From a virus (lineage: Duplodnaviria; Caudoviricetes), in IMG/VR virus record IMGVR_UViG_3300021400_000130, positions 1-64,000 of that record: DNA of 64,000 nt, one strand, 5' to 3'. Positions within the stretch are counted from its first letter, which is position 1, and the number at the start of each line of letters is the position of its first letter. Under the pieces are notes generated by a model. That model was given only the letters and a program-made list of their open reading frames with translations. It was not told the DNA's origin and did not search any database. Below, piece by piece: positions 33,347-43,921 of the stretch. Made by a program: the position numbers and the translations under genes.

Positions 33347-34075
33347 ATGACTAGAGTAGAGCAAGGAATTCAGTTAAACAATCAACACATATATAATGTA
33401 GAGCATAATATTGAAGAGCCTATTCCTTTTGTAGATCAGATATTAGAGTTGGGTTATAGTAGTTTACAAATGTTTTTTGATGAAAAAGTAGAATATGAAA
33501 TGCAGAGTATTCTGCACGGAAATGTTTATTCTGTTTCTCCTGCTAATGCTATGCCTACTTTAAGAACTCTTGTATTAAATAATGAATATGGAATTGTATC
33601 CGTATATACGGACGAAACTTGTGTTCATCACGGAGGAGATCCGAGTAAAACATTGAATGTTGATTATTGTGCTCAGCATAATATTCCGATCTACTCTTAT
33701 GACTCCTTTGGAGGTAACATAGTTGCAACAGAAGGAGATTACAGTATAGCCTTAGTAGTTCCTCAATCTATTGATATATCAGCAGAGTTTGTTCTGAATC
33801 ATACAAGAGCAATATTAGAGAAGTATTTCAAACATGTTGATATTCAAGGAAATGACATAATGATAGATAACAAGAAAGTCTGTGGTGCTACAAGTTTCGG
33901 TACTAATGATATATTCTTTTTAATCTATCATTTTTCAATGAGCGACAAAGCAGAGTTGATCCATACTATATGTGGAGACCCAACTAGCGAAAAAACACCA
34001 GGATATATTGACACTTCTATCCTGTCAACACAGAAGCTTATGGAGGAAATGTTGTTATGGCTTCAGGGACATTAA
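33347..34075 (+). CDS. Lipoate-protein ligase (LplA/BPL fold)-like protein
   Basis: GGNIV...GD and GNDIMIDNKKVCG motifs. Confidence 0.6.
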   Translation: MTRVEQGIQLNNQHIYNVEHNIEEPIPFVDQILELGYSSLQMFFDEKVEYEMQSILHGNVYSVSPANAMPTLRTLVLNNEYGIVSVYTDETCVHHGGDPSKTLNVDYCAQHNIPIYSYDSFGGNIVATEGDYSIALVVPQSIDISAEFVLNHTRAILEKYFKHVDIQGNDIMIDNKKVCGATSFGTNDIFFLIYHFSMSDKAELIHTICGDPTSEKTPGYIDTSILSTQKLMEEMLLWLQGH

Positions 34076-35748
34076 TATTTAGGCCAAATGCAGATATTTC
34101 CAATAACCACAATGAAAGCTCTGGGTCTGTTGGGTATTCGTTAATAGCAGATGCTACTGCAGACGATGATTCTACTTATATATATCAAACTTTAAGCTCT
34201 ACATCGTCAACTAGTGTAACGTCTGTTTTTACATTAGGTGTTGTTGGGTCTCTTCCGCAATCTTATATCAACATAACAGCAGCGCGTCTTTATTCACGAG
34301 CAAGAATAGGTAATAATGACGAGTCTGGTTCGTATACTTGTTATTTTGCTGCTAGTACAACAGCAGGAGGATCTTCTTCCTCTGCATCTACTTCTGGATC
34401 ACTAGGGAGTAATTATTCAACTGCACACTCTACAAGTTCATCTTTAGTTACTGACATAAATAGTCTGATTACTAAAGATGATTTTCCTGTAATTTCTGTT
34501 AAAGTTACAACAACAGGAACTAAGAGTAGTGGTAAGAACGCAAGTAACGGATTTATTCGTGTAACGCAAGTATATCTTGAGCTTGATTATGAAGAAGAAG
34601 AATATGTGCCGGACATACCAGATATTCCATCTGAAGATCCCACAAAGACATATCATTCAATTACTGTTTCTTCAATTAATGCGACAACTGACCCAGCTAA
34701 TGGAACAATTCGTGTAGTTGAAGGAACAGATCAAACAATTACAATCTATCCAACGGATCCAGTACTTACATTAGCTTTAGATAATGGTGTTGATATAACA
34801 GGTCAGCTCGGCGGTAGTGGTATCCCAGATAACTCCTATGATGTCGGACAACGCTCGGGCGCCTCTTATGGATTTGTAAAGACTGGAGATTATTACGTAT
34901 CACAGAATAAGGGTAAAAGCGCATCAGCTGCGCTGTGTAGAGTTAATTTTGATTTTGAAACCGAAGCGTTGGTTACAATTAAATATATAGTATACACTTC
35001 TGATGATGAATCACGGTATGACTATGCAGTATTCGGAAAAATAGATACTAGCCTACTTACTAGTAACTCTGAAGATAACTCAAATAATGTCTACCATAAC
35101 GGTCGCGGCGAGTCGTCAACGGCAGAACAAACCCTTACCTATACAATTCCGGCTGGCACTCATTACATTGATATTAAATATCGTAAAGACTCTAGCTATG
35201 ACTACGGAAACGATACACTTCAATTTAGAATTGATTCTATTGAATCAACCTCGGGCGGTGGAGAATTTACTTACACGCTTTCTGACGTATCAAAACGTCA
35301 TAGTTTGACTTTTGTATTTGGTAGTGTAGATTACTATTTTGTATCTAGTTCCGGTGGAAACGGATGTAGAGTATTTCCAGACGGACAACAAGTAAAATTA
35401 GCAAACGATAGCTATTCAGTTACAGTTGTTCCGGATAATATAAATGATTCTGTTGTTTTATTTGATAATAATGTAGATAGAACTTCTGAATTAATACGAA
35501 CAGATACAACCGATAAAGAAAGTAATCCAGTTGTAGTATATACATATGAGCTGTCAGATATAGTTACTGACCACACAATAACAGCAGGATGTTCCTCAAC
35601 TAGTACGTCTAAAATATTTATAAAAGTAAATGGAACATGGTCTCAATATTCAAAGATATATGTTAAAATTGATGGTGCTTGGGTTGAACAAAACTCTATG
35701 ATATGGTCAGCTCTATTTGATACCAGCGAAAGTTATAAACACGGATAA
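34057..35748 (+). CDS. Putative tail/receptor-binding protein
   Basis: Ser/Thr-rich beta domains; C-terminal IFIKVNGTW...IYVKIDGAW. Confidence 0.65.
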   Translation: MASGTLIFRPNADISNNHNESSGSVGYSLIADATADDDSTYIYQTLSSTSSTSVTSVFTLGVVGSLPQSYINITAARLYSRARIGNNDESGSYTCYFAASTTAGGSSSSASTSGSLGSNYSTAHSTSSSLVTDINSLITKDDFPVISVKVTTTGTKSSGKNASNGFIRVTQVYLELDYEEEEYVPDIPDIPSEDPTKTYHSITVSSINATTDPANGTIRVVEGTDQTITIYPTDPVLTLALDNGVDITGQLGGSGIPDNSYDVGQRSGASYGFVKTGDYYVSQNKGKSASAALCRVNFDFETEALVTIKYIVYTSDDESRYDYAVFGKIDTSLLTSNSEDNSNNVYHNGRGESSTAEQTLTYTIPAGTHYIDIKYRKDSSYDYGNDTLQFRIDSIESTSGGGEFTYTLSDVSKRHSLTFVFGSVDYYFVSSSGGNGCRVFPDGQQVKLANDSYSVTVVPDNINDSVVLFDNNVDRTSELIRTDTTDKESNPVVVYTYELSDIVTDHTITAGCSSTSTSKIFIKVNGTWSQYSKIYVKIDGAWVEQNSMIWSALFDTSESYKHG

Positions 35749-35767
35749 CTAGAAAGGACAAGAGATA

Positions 35768-36439
35768 ATGCCATCAGTAAGCAAAGTAATATTGAATGGA
35801 ACTACTCTTATAGATACAACTGATAAAACTGTAACATCAGGTAGTATGTTAAGTGGAGTAACCGCTCTCAAGAATGATGGAACAACTGCTATAGGAAGTA
35901 TTACATCAAAATCTTCATCGGATTTAACTGTAAGTGGAGCAACTGTTACTGCTCCTGCAGGATACTATGCAACTTCCGCAAATAGATCAGTTTCATCAGG
36001 AAGTGCTTCTACTCCTGCAACTACTATACAATCCAATCCAACAATAAGTGTAAATTCAAGCGGACTTATAACAGCAAGTGTTAGCTCTACAAAATCTGTA
36101 ACTCCTACTGTTTCGGAAGGATATATTTCTTCGGGAACAGCAGGTACAATTACTGTTAGTGGAAGCAATACAAGTCAGCTTAGTACCCAAGCAGCTAAAA
36201 CAGTAACACCTACAAAATCACAACAAACAGCAGTTACTTCAGGAAAGTATACAACAGGTGCTGTTAAGGTAGCACCTATACCCGATCAATATATTGAAAC
36301 AACTGATGCAACAGCAACAGCAGATCAGATATATTCAGGAGCAACTGCATATGTTGACGGAGAAAAAATTACAGGTACAGCCTCTGTGTCTGTAGACGGT
36401 CACAGACTTATTATGCCTGTTGGCCTTATTAGTATATAA
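35768..36439 (+). CDS. Tail fibre-like repeat protein
   Basis: Shares SSSDLTVSGATVTAPAGYY with 31106; DATATADQI.SGATAYV.G.KITGT. Confidence 0.7.
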   Translation: MPSVSKVILNGTTLIDTTDKTVTSGSMLSGVTALKNDGTTAIGSITSKSSSDLTVSGATVTAPAGYYATSANRSVSSGSASTPATTIQSNPTISVNSSGLITASVSSTKSVTPTVSEGYISSGTAGTITVSGSNTSQLSTQAAKTVTPTKSQQTAVTSGKYTTGAVKVAPIPDQYIETTDATATADQIYSGATAYVDGEKITGTASVSVDGHRLIMPVGLISI

Positions 36440-36451
36440 AGAGGAAAAAAT

Positions 36452-39400
36452 ATGAGTTATTTAGACCAGATTACAGTTGGATCTACTACGTATGATCTTC
36501 AAGATTCTGGAGCACAAAGAGAGACTATAACAGGATCTGGTGCCCCTAGTACTTCAACAGTAGGAACTGTTGGACTTCATTATATAAATACTTCTGCTAC
36601 GGGGCATCCTTATGAATATGTTTGTGTAGGTGCCACAGGAAGTACATATACTTGGATACCCATCGACTCTGCAGATGCTCCTGTTACCAGTGTAAACAAT
36701 AAAACTGGGGCAGTTGTTCTTACCGCATCAGATGTAGGAGCAGGAACATATAGTAAACCTTCTGGGGGTATTCCAAAGACAGATCTTGCATCTGCTGTCC
36801 AGACTTCTCTAGGAAAAGCAGATACTTCTTATCAGAAACCATCAACTGGTATACCCGCAACAGATCTTGCTGAAGGAGTTATTCCTTCTGTACCAACAGC
36901 TTATACAAGTGATCCAGAAGATTTAGGAACAGCCTCTCCCGGAACATCCAATTCCTGGGCAAGAGGAGATCACGTCCATGCAAAGCCAACATATTCAAAA
37001 AGTGATGTTGGTTTAGGAAATGTAGACAACATAAAACAGTATTCTGTTTCAAACCCACCACCTTATCCTGTTACTTCTGTGAATGGGAAAACAGGTGCTG
37101 TGTCAATTGCTGTTCCCGCTGCATCTTCCACAACTCCTGCGGACCTGGGTACTGCAGCAGTAGGTACTGGAACTACTTGGGCAAGAGCAGACCATGTCCA
37201 TAAAATGCCAAGTGCATCAGACATTGGTGCTGTACCTAGTACTACTAATATAGTAAATGATGTGCAGTATAACTCAACTCAGAAAGCTATAAGAATGTCA
37301 AAGAACGGTTCAATGTCTGATGTCGTAACCATATCAGAATTGAAATCCGATATGGATCTAAAAACTAGTGATTTGACGAATGATAGCGGGTTTGTTGATG
37401 CAACTGGCGCCGCCGCTGCTGCACCAGTTCAGTCTGTCAATGGTCAGACCGGAGCTGTTACTATACCAGAAGATGATAAAACATGGAATAATTATGTTCT
37501 AGATACCACTAATGAAATTACTGCTAGTTCTATTAAAATACCATGGTTAAAAAGTAATACTGATTCTGATAAACGATTTAGACTTGTCGATGCTTCAAGT
37601 ACTCCGTCTCAATATTATTTAGCTAAATATGATATATATGCTTACTTACATTCAACAACTCCGTCTGCTAATGATAATTCAACGAAGGTAGCTACAACAG
37701 CTTATGTAGACAATGCTATCGACAACCTCCCTGAACCTATGGTGTTCAAAGGATCTTTAGGTACGGGAGGAACAATAACTACACTACCAGCAGCTTCATC
37801 ATCTAATACAGGATTTACTTATAAAGTAATTACAAATGGAACTTATGCCTCACAGTCTGCAAAAGTAGGCGACACATTTATTAGTGACGGAACTGCTTGG
37901 ATACTGATTCCGTCAGGTGACGAACCTAGTGGTACAGTTACAAGTGTAGGAGTAAGTAATAGTACAAACGGCGGGTTATCTATTAGTGGTAGCCCAATTA
38001 CAACTAGTGGTACTATTTCAATTGGACACAGTAATGTACTAAGTAGTGCACAAACTACACAAGCAGTATACCCAATCAAGATTGATAAGAATGGTCATAT
38101 TAGCGCTTATGGTAGCGCTGTTAGTATTCCTAGTAAGACATCCGACTTAACTAATGATAGTGGATTTGTTGATTCTTCTGAAGCAGCTGCTGCTGCACCT
38201 GTACAATCTGTTAACGGAAAGACAGGGGCAGTTACAGTTTCAGAAAGTGATGAGAAATTAAAAACAACTGCATTAGGAGATTCTTCTGCGTATGTATTAT
38301 TAGGTCCTGATTCTTCAACGGCAGGGAATAAATACTATACTACTGGAATGTCTTTTGCGTCTCGTTCTGATGAATATACAGCTCGTTTAACAATAGGTGA
38401 AAGTGGAACTGGTACTAGTAGAAGGTCAGGACAGCTTGCACTTTATGATCAGGATAAGTATTGTATCGTAAGAAAGAATTCTACTACTAATAGTGGTTAC
38501 TATGTCAATCTTCCTGAATCAGGAGGAACCTTAGCGCTTAAATCAGAAATTCCAACAAAAGTTAGCAATTTAACTAACGACTCTGGATTTGTTAATGCAA
38601 GTGGAGCGGCGGATGCAGCACCAGTACAGTCTGTAAACGGCAAGACTGGCACAGTGGTTCTTGATGCTGACGACGTGGGCGCACTTCCCAATGATTACAC
38701 ACCGCCTGTCACAAGCGTCAACGGTAAAACAGGTGTGGTCGTGGTTAGCAAGTCTGACGTGGGGCTTACCAACGTAGACAACGTACAGCAATATAGCGCA
38801 GATAACCCTCCTCCGTATCCAGTTACATCGGTAAACGGCAAGACTGGTGCAGTTACAGTATCTGTCCCATCTGCAGCAACAGCTACCCCCGCTAATTTAG
38901 GAACTGCTGCCGTAGGAACTAGTACTAAATGGGCTAAAGAAGATCACGTGCACAAGATGCCAACTGCATCGGATGTCGGTGCACTACCTAGTTCAACAGT
39001 AATCCCTGCTGCATCGTCAGCTACACCAAAAGCTCTTGGTACAGCGGCTGCAGGTACTTCTAACGATTATAGTAGGGCAGACCATGTACATGCAAAGCCT
39101 ACTTATTCTAAATCTGATGTGGGTCTGGGAAATGTTGATAATGTTAAACAGTACTCGGCAAGTAATCCTCCCCCTTATCCGGTTACATCAGTTAATGGTT
39201 CAACAGGTGCAGTTACTGTTAGTGTACCTTCTGCTTCATCTACTGCCCCTGCAAATCTAGCAGCTACAGCAGCAGTAGGAACAGGAACTACTTGGGCAAG
39301 AGCGGATCATGTACACAAGATGCCCTCGGCATCAGATGTTGGTGCCCTTCCTTCTAGTACAGTTATTCCGTCAGCTGCAACTGCAACTCCTTCTAATCTA

Positions 39401-40444
39401 GGTACAGCTGCTGTTGGTACAAGTACAAAATATGCTAAAGAAGATCACGTACACAATTATCCTGATATTGTTCACGTTGGATCAAGTGCTCCAGCAGATA
39501 CCAATATTGAGTTATGGCTTGATAATAGCTCGGGAGGCAATTCAGTAGTTTCTTCTGTTGATGGTAAAACTGGTACAGTTACAGTATTACCTAGTGGGGG
39601 AACAACAGGTCAAGTTCTAAAGAAAGTATCTGGTACTAATTATGATGTTACTTGGGCTAATGAAAGTGGTTCAGTCACTTCAGTAGATGGTAAGACAGGG
39701 GTTGTTACTGTTCTTCCCGCTGGAGGAGCAGCAGGAAAGGTTCTTAAGAAAAAAACAAGTAGCGATTATGATGTAGAATGGTCAGATGAAAGTGGCGGGG
39801 TCACTTCTGTTAATGGCCAAACCGGCGATGTTGAGATTTCAACTGTCGCAGTACAAGATTCTGCTCCAACTGGAGGAGAACTTGTATGGATTGACACAGA
39901 TGAATCTGGTGAAAGTATAACCCTCCCTCAAATAGATGACAACAATGTTAGCACAGACGATACATGGTCGAGTTCTAAAATAAGAGACTTCATATATCCA
40001 ATCGGTTCTATTTACATGAGTGTAAACTCAATTTCTCCAGCTACTATCTTTGGTGGTACTTGGGAACAGATTGAGGACAGATTTCTGCTCGCGGCTGGTA
40101 CAACGTATAGCGCAGGAGATACTGGCGGAAGTGCTACAAATTCGCATACTCACACAATGGCGCATACACATAGTCTTGGTTCAGATGGCTTTGCTAAGAT
40201 GACAATATACACCGACGGCAGCCGTATCGCATACCGAGAAAAAGCCAACTGCCCCGCGTGGACTACTACATTTAGAACGGCGTCAACTGGGTCTGCCGCC
40301 GCAAGCTATTCAGCAAGCAGCACATGGGGCGCAGAACTTGGTGGTATCACTGGTGGATCAAATTCTTCTTCGACTGGCGAAGCAAGTAATACGGATAATA
40401 TGCCCCCTTATCTTGTCGTATACATGTGGAAAAGAACAGCTTGA
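36452..40444 (+). CDS. Long tail fibre protein
   Basis: Many VTSVNGKTGAV, WARADHVHKMP and KSDVGLGNVDN repeats; C-terminal YPIGSIYMS...GGTWE...NMPPY domain. Confidence 0.85.
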   Translation: MSYLDQITVGSTTYDLQDSGAQRETITGSGAPSTSTVGTVGLHYINTSATGHPYEYVCVGATGSTYTWIPIDSADAPVTSVNNKTGAVVLTASDVGAGTYSKPSGGIPKTDLASAVQTSLGKADTSYQKPSTGIPATDLAEGVIPSVPTAYTSDPEDLGTASPGTSNSWARGDHVHAKPTYSKSDVGLGNVDNIKQYSVSNPPPYPVTSVNGKTGAVSIAVPAASSTTPADLGTAAVGTGTTWARADHVHKMPSASDIGAVPSTTNIVNDVQYNSTQKAIRMSKNGSMSDVVTISELKSDMDLKTSDLTNDSGFVDATGAAAAAPVQSVNGQTGAVTIPEDDKTWNNYVLDTTNEITASSIKIPWLKSNTDSDKRFRLVDASSTPSQYYLAKYDIYAYLHSTTPSANDNSTKVATTAYVDNAIDNLPEPMVFKGSLGTGGTITTLPAASSSNTGFTYKVITNGTYASQSAKVGDTFISDGTAWILIPSGDEPSGTVTSVGVSNSTNGGLSISGSPITTSGTISIGHSNVLSSAQTTQAVYPIKIDKNGHISAYGSAVSIPSKTSDLTNDSGFVDSSEAAAAAPVQSVNGKTGAVTVSESDEKLKTTALGDSSAYVLLGPDSSTAGNKYYTTGMSFASRSDEYTARLTIGESGTGTSRRSGQLALYDQDKYCIVRKNSTTNSGYYVNLPESGGTLALKSEIPTKVSNLTNDSGFVNASGAADAAPVQSVNGKTGTVVLDADDVGALPNDYTPPVTSVNGKTGVVVVSKSDVGLTNVDNVQQYSADNPPPYPVTSVNGKTGAVTVSVPSAATATPANLGTAAVGTSTKWAKEDHVHKMPTASDVGALPSSTVIPAASSATPKALGTAAAGTSNDYSRADHVHAKPTYSKSDVGLGNVDNVKQYSASNPPPYPVTSVNGSTGAVTVSVPSASSTAPANLAATAAVGTGTTWARADHVHKMPSASDVGALPSSTVIPSAATATPSNLGTAAVGTSTKYAKEDHVHNYPDIVHVGSSAPADTNIELWLDNSSGGNSVVSSVDGKTGTVTVLPSGGTTGQVLKKVSGTNYDVTWANESGSVTSVDGKTGVVTVLPAGGAAGKVLKKKTSSDYDVEWSDESGGVTSVNGQTGDVEISTVAVQDSAPTGGELVWIDTDESGESITLPQIDDNNVSTDDTWSSSKIRDFIYPIGSIYMSVNSISPATIFGGTWEQIEDRFLLAAGTTYSAGDTGGSATNSHTHTMAHTHSLGSDGFAKMTIYTDGSRIAYREKANCPAWTTTFRTASTGSAAASYSASSTWGAELGGITGGSNSSSTGEASNTDNMPPYLVVYMWKRTA

Positions 40445-40518
40445 TTATAATTCTAGAATTAACAAGATAGTTAAGATTGTATTAATAATATAGATAGAAA
40501 ATCATTCTTGGAGATATT

Positions 40519-41505
40519 ATGGCAATTACTTTAACAAACGATACACTTAAATTCCGTGAGTCTACGTCAGACCCGTGGGAAAGGCTTCTAATACAAGCCA
40601 ACATTAACTTCAATCTAATTTACCCAGTTGGCTCTATTTATATGAGCACAGTCAATGTAGATCCTGGTACAATATTCGGCGGCACTTGGGAGAGACTAAA
40701 AGATAAGTTTCTTCTGGGTGCTGGGGATACTTACACAGCTGGAGACACAGGAGGCGAAGCTACTCACACGCTGACTGTGGACGAAATGCCAGCTCATACG
40801 CATGGTAGTAAATCGTTGGTTGGTACAATGAACCCGCTCTCATGGGCAACAAGTGCTCAGGAAAGCGGCATTGTCAGCGCGGTGCAACAGCATATAGACA
40901 GAGTCGGAAATTCAGGATCCAACTGGGGTGACAGACTGTACACAATAGATGCCACCCACGAACATGACAGCGTAGGTGGAAGTCAAGCTCACAACAATAT
41001 GCCTCCCTACATCGTTGTGTATATGTGGCGTAGGCTTACTCTTTCGCCAACTATCTACACTCCTCCCGCAAATGTTCTCATTGGAGAAGTAGCAAGCGAG
41101 GACATTGTACCAGTTTCCAAAGGTGGCACAGGTGCAGACAATGCTGCGGACGCGAGGGTGAATCTCGGGATGAACGCAACTATCGTTCCTATTACAGACC
41201 CAAGCCCTTCGCTGTCTGACTGGTTCATGCAAGGGCAGCTTACCTTCGACCCCGGCACGAACACCGTGCGCATCTATCTTGTGTGCAGAGCAAGCGCAAA
41301 TATAACAACCTCACAACCGCTTGGCATTATCCCGGAGCCGTATAGGCCAAAAACGCAAAAGGCTGTTTTCTGCTACGAGAAGATGAACAACAATTCGGCG
41401 CAACTTGCGTACCCCGGCGTCGTTGAGACGAATGGCAACGTGCGGCAGACAGGTTCTAGCGCAGCGCTCGAATGTCTGGTAGTTGGCGAATATTCGCTGG
41501 ATTAA
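40519..41505 (+). CDS. Tail fibre/baseplate protein
   Basis: YPVGSIYMS...GGEATHTLT..EMP.H...HNNMPPY; VSKGGTGA. Confidence 0.8.
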   Translation: MAITLTNDTLKFRESTSDPWERLLIQANINFNLIYPVGSIYMSTVNVDPGTIFGGTWERLKDKFLLGAGDTYTAGDTGGEATHTLTVDEMPAHTHGSKSLVGTMNPLSWATSAQESGIVSAVQQHIDRVGNSGSNWGDRLYTIDATHEHDSVGGSQAHNNMPPYIVVYMWRRLTLSPTIYTPPANVLIGEVASEDIVPVSKGGTGADNAADARVNLGMNATIVPITDPSPSLSDWFMQGQLTFDPGTNTVRIYLVCRASANITTSQPLGIIPEPYRPKTQKAVFCYEKMNNNSAQLAYPGVVETNGNVRQTGSSAALECLVVGEYSLD

Positions 41506-41580
41506 GGAGTAAAGCATGGCATATACAAATAGTCCTATGGTAATCTACACCCATTTATATGTAATATAAAGAGGTAACAC

Positions 41581-41832
41581 ATGAGTGTTTTAAAAATAAA
41601 AAATGGAAATACATGGATTGAAATACCTGCGGGAGGAGTTGGAATTCCTTCTGGAGGAACAGCAGGTCAAATATTAAAAAAGAGCAACTCAACAGATTAT
41701 TCTACAGAGTGGTATACATTAACAAGCAGCGATTTATTCGCTCAAGGTATAACAGTTTTAAGCTCCGATCAGTATGGAACAGAATTACCTTCTGCGGGAA
41801 ATGAAGGTAGAATTTTCTTCTTGAAAGTATAG
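41581..41832 (+). CDS. Small tail-associated protein
   Basis: GGTAGQILKK, YGTELPSAG.EGRIFF. Confidence 0.65.
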   Translation: MSVLKIKNGNTWIEIPAGGVGIPSGGTAGQILKKSNSTDYSTEWYTLTSSDLFAQGITVLSSDQYGTELPSAGNEGRIFFLKV

Positions 41833-41845
41833 TGAGGTGAGCTGA

Positions 41846-43336
41846 ATGGGTAGCGTAGTATTCCATGACAGCTACTTTGTCAGCGGAATTGGTTCGTCAG
41901 AACAAAACGTAAAGATCAACTTTTCTGAATCGTATAGTGCGTCGACTAACAAGACGACTATAACTTTTTCTAGCTGTCAGATCGCGTCAAACCTTTTTCT
42001 TGGCAACTGCGTAGTCAGAGGAAAAGTTCAGTTCAACGGTTCAGATGTCAAAACATACCCGACAAGTACATCTTCTTATACAGCCAGCATCGGAGGCGGA
42101 ACTTCAAATTATGCCACCGTAACAGGTGGTAGCGGTTCGTCCATCACTGTAACACACAACTCAAGTGGTGCGGCATCATTTACTATCAAACTAGTAGCTC
42201 TCGAGGGAAGCTATTTTGGTGCAGCTTACAATGGAAAAATGTTTGGTGTTAAAAACGGCTCATCTAAAAGCTATACTCTCACCACCCACACCTCATCGCT
42301 TACGGTCAACCCAAACAACGGTACTTGGAACGGTAGCACAACTACCCAAAGCTTCTCACAAGCACCGACTTCTACTAAAACTATCGCGAACCCAACAAGA
42401 ACTGGTTATACGTTTAGCGGCTGGACGCTGTCAGGCGGTGGTTCTATCAGCAACGGCGTCTACACTTTTGGTGGTAGCAACGGAACGCTAACCGCGCAGT
42501 GGACTGCCGACAACTACACTGTTAGCCTCACAGCAGGCGATTATATTGCATCTGTGTCCGGCGGCGGTAGTAAGGCATATGGTTCTAGCGTGACGGTCAC
42601 AGCTGTGCTCGGTTCTGCTACAGGCTACACTTACACATTTGATGGCTGGTACGACGGCACCACAAAAGTCTCGTCTTCTCTGTCGTACACATTCACAATG
42701 CCTGCTAGTTCAGTCTCGCTGACCGCTAAAGCTACTAGGACACTCAACTCGTATACTGTCTCCGTCTCGGCGGGAGATAACATCGCTTCGGTATCTGGTG
42801 GCGGTACTTATCCCTATAATTCAAACGTGACGGTCACAGCTGTGCTCGGCTCTGCTACGGGCTATACTTATACGTTTGACGGATGGTACATACTGACAAC
42901 AAAGGTCTCTTCTAGTTTGTCTTATTCCTTCGCGATGCCTGCGGAGTCTGTGTCACTCACGGCTGTAGGTACTAGAACTGAGAATTCTTACACCCTCTCG
43001 TTCGACGCAAACGGAGGCACAGGTGCACCAGAAGCTATAACGAGAACCCATGGCACTACGTTCGAGCTTCCAGCTACCATTCCGACAAAGGCGGGCTATC
43101 GTTTTCTTGGATGGTCAACTAACAGTTCTGCAACAACACCCGAGTATTTACCAGAATCAAGTTATACTATTACAGAAAACAGTATTCTATATGCAGTTTG
43201 GAAAGCAGAAGGTTCAGTACATATTGATAATGGAGCATCTTTTGATGTATATGCAATCTACATAGATAACGGTACAAGCTGGGATCAGTATGTTCCTTAT
43301 ATTGATAATGGCACTAGTTGGGATATATATAGTTAA
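41846..43336 (+). CDS. Virion adhesin with InlB-B/Listeria-Bacteroides-type repeats
   Basis: PTRTGYTFSGW, YTFDGWY, FDANGGTG...GYRFLGW...LYAVW repeats. Confidence 0.75.
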   Translation: MGSVVFHDSYFVSGIGSSEQNVKINFSESYSASTNKTTITFSSCQIASNLFLGNCVVRGKVQFNGSDVKTYPTSTSSYTASIGGGTSNYATVTGGSGSSITVTHNSSGAASFTIKLVALEGSYFGAAYNGKMFGVKNGSSKSYTLTTHTSSLTVNPNNGTWNGSTTTQSFSQAPTSTKTIANPTRTGYTFSGWTLSGGGSISNGVYTFGGSNGTLTAQWTADNYTVSLTAGDYIASVSGGGSKAYGSSVTVTAVLGSATGYTYTFDGWYDGTTKVSSSLSYTFTMPASSVSLTAKATRTLNSYTVSVSAGDNIASVSGGGTYPYNSNVTVTAVLGSATGYTYTFDGWYILTTKVSSSLSYSFAMPAESVSLTAVGTRTENSYTLSFDANGGTGAPEAITRTHGTTFELPATIPTKAGYRFLGWSTNSSATTPEYLPESSYTITENSILYAVWKAEGSVHIDNGASFDVYAIYIDNGTSWDQYVPYIDNGTSWDIYS

Positions 43337-43419
43337 CTTCAAAAAATAGTGCTTAATTGTATATATAAAGTATCCAAATTTCAAACTTATATTTTACAAT
43401 TAAAGGTCCGGTAAAGAAC

Positions 43420-43896
43420 ATGACATTAGACGAAATATTGAAATATAGTGGAGGGGCGATACTATTATTGTTAACATTTATTGAAATTGTCCCAATAAAG
43501 ATAAATCCGTGGAGTTGGATAGCAAGTAAGTTGGGGAAAGCTCTAAACAAAGATCTTTTACAAGAAATGAAGGACATTCAAGAAAGTCATAAGAAAGATC
43601 AAGAAGAGAATGAAAAAAGACTTCAAGCTGTAGAAAATACTCAGATAGAATTTGAAAAATATTGTAAACGCGATGATGCTAAAACTGCTAGAAGACGTAT
43701 ACTACGTTGTGCAGACGAACTACGGATGGGCATAGAACATTCTCAGGAATTTTTTGATGATGTTCTAGATGATGTTTCATGTTATAACAATTACTGCTTA
43801 GAAAACCCTGATTTTAAAAATATGAAAGCCGTAGTAGCAATTGAATTCATAAAAGATACTTACCAAAATTGTTTAAAGCAAAACAAATTTCTATAA
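43420..43896 (+). CDS. Holin-like membrane protein
   Basis: N-terminal TM IEIVPIKINPWSWI, R.RIL..ADE; precedes the endolysin. Confidence 0.6.
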   Translation: MTLDEILKYSGGAILLLLTFIEIVPIKINPWSWIASKLGKALNKDLLQEMKDIQESHKKDQEENEKRLQAVENTQIEFEKYCKRDDAKTARRRILRCADELRMGIEHSQEFFDDVLDDVSCYNNYCLENPDFKNMKAVVAIEFIKDTYQNCLKQNKFL

Positions 43897-43921
43897 TTTA
43901 CTAGTAAAGGTGGGATAGCAG

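Noticed and set aside
36452-41505. Diversity-generating retroelement acting on fibre tips
   Set aside because: No reverse transcriptase in the window and no near-identical TR/VR pair differing at adenines was seen.
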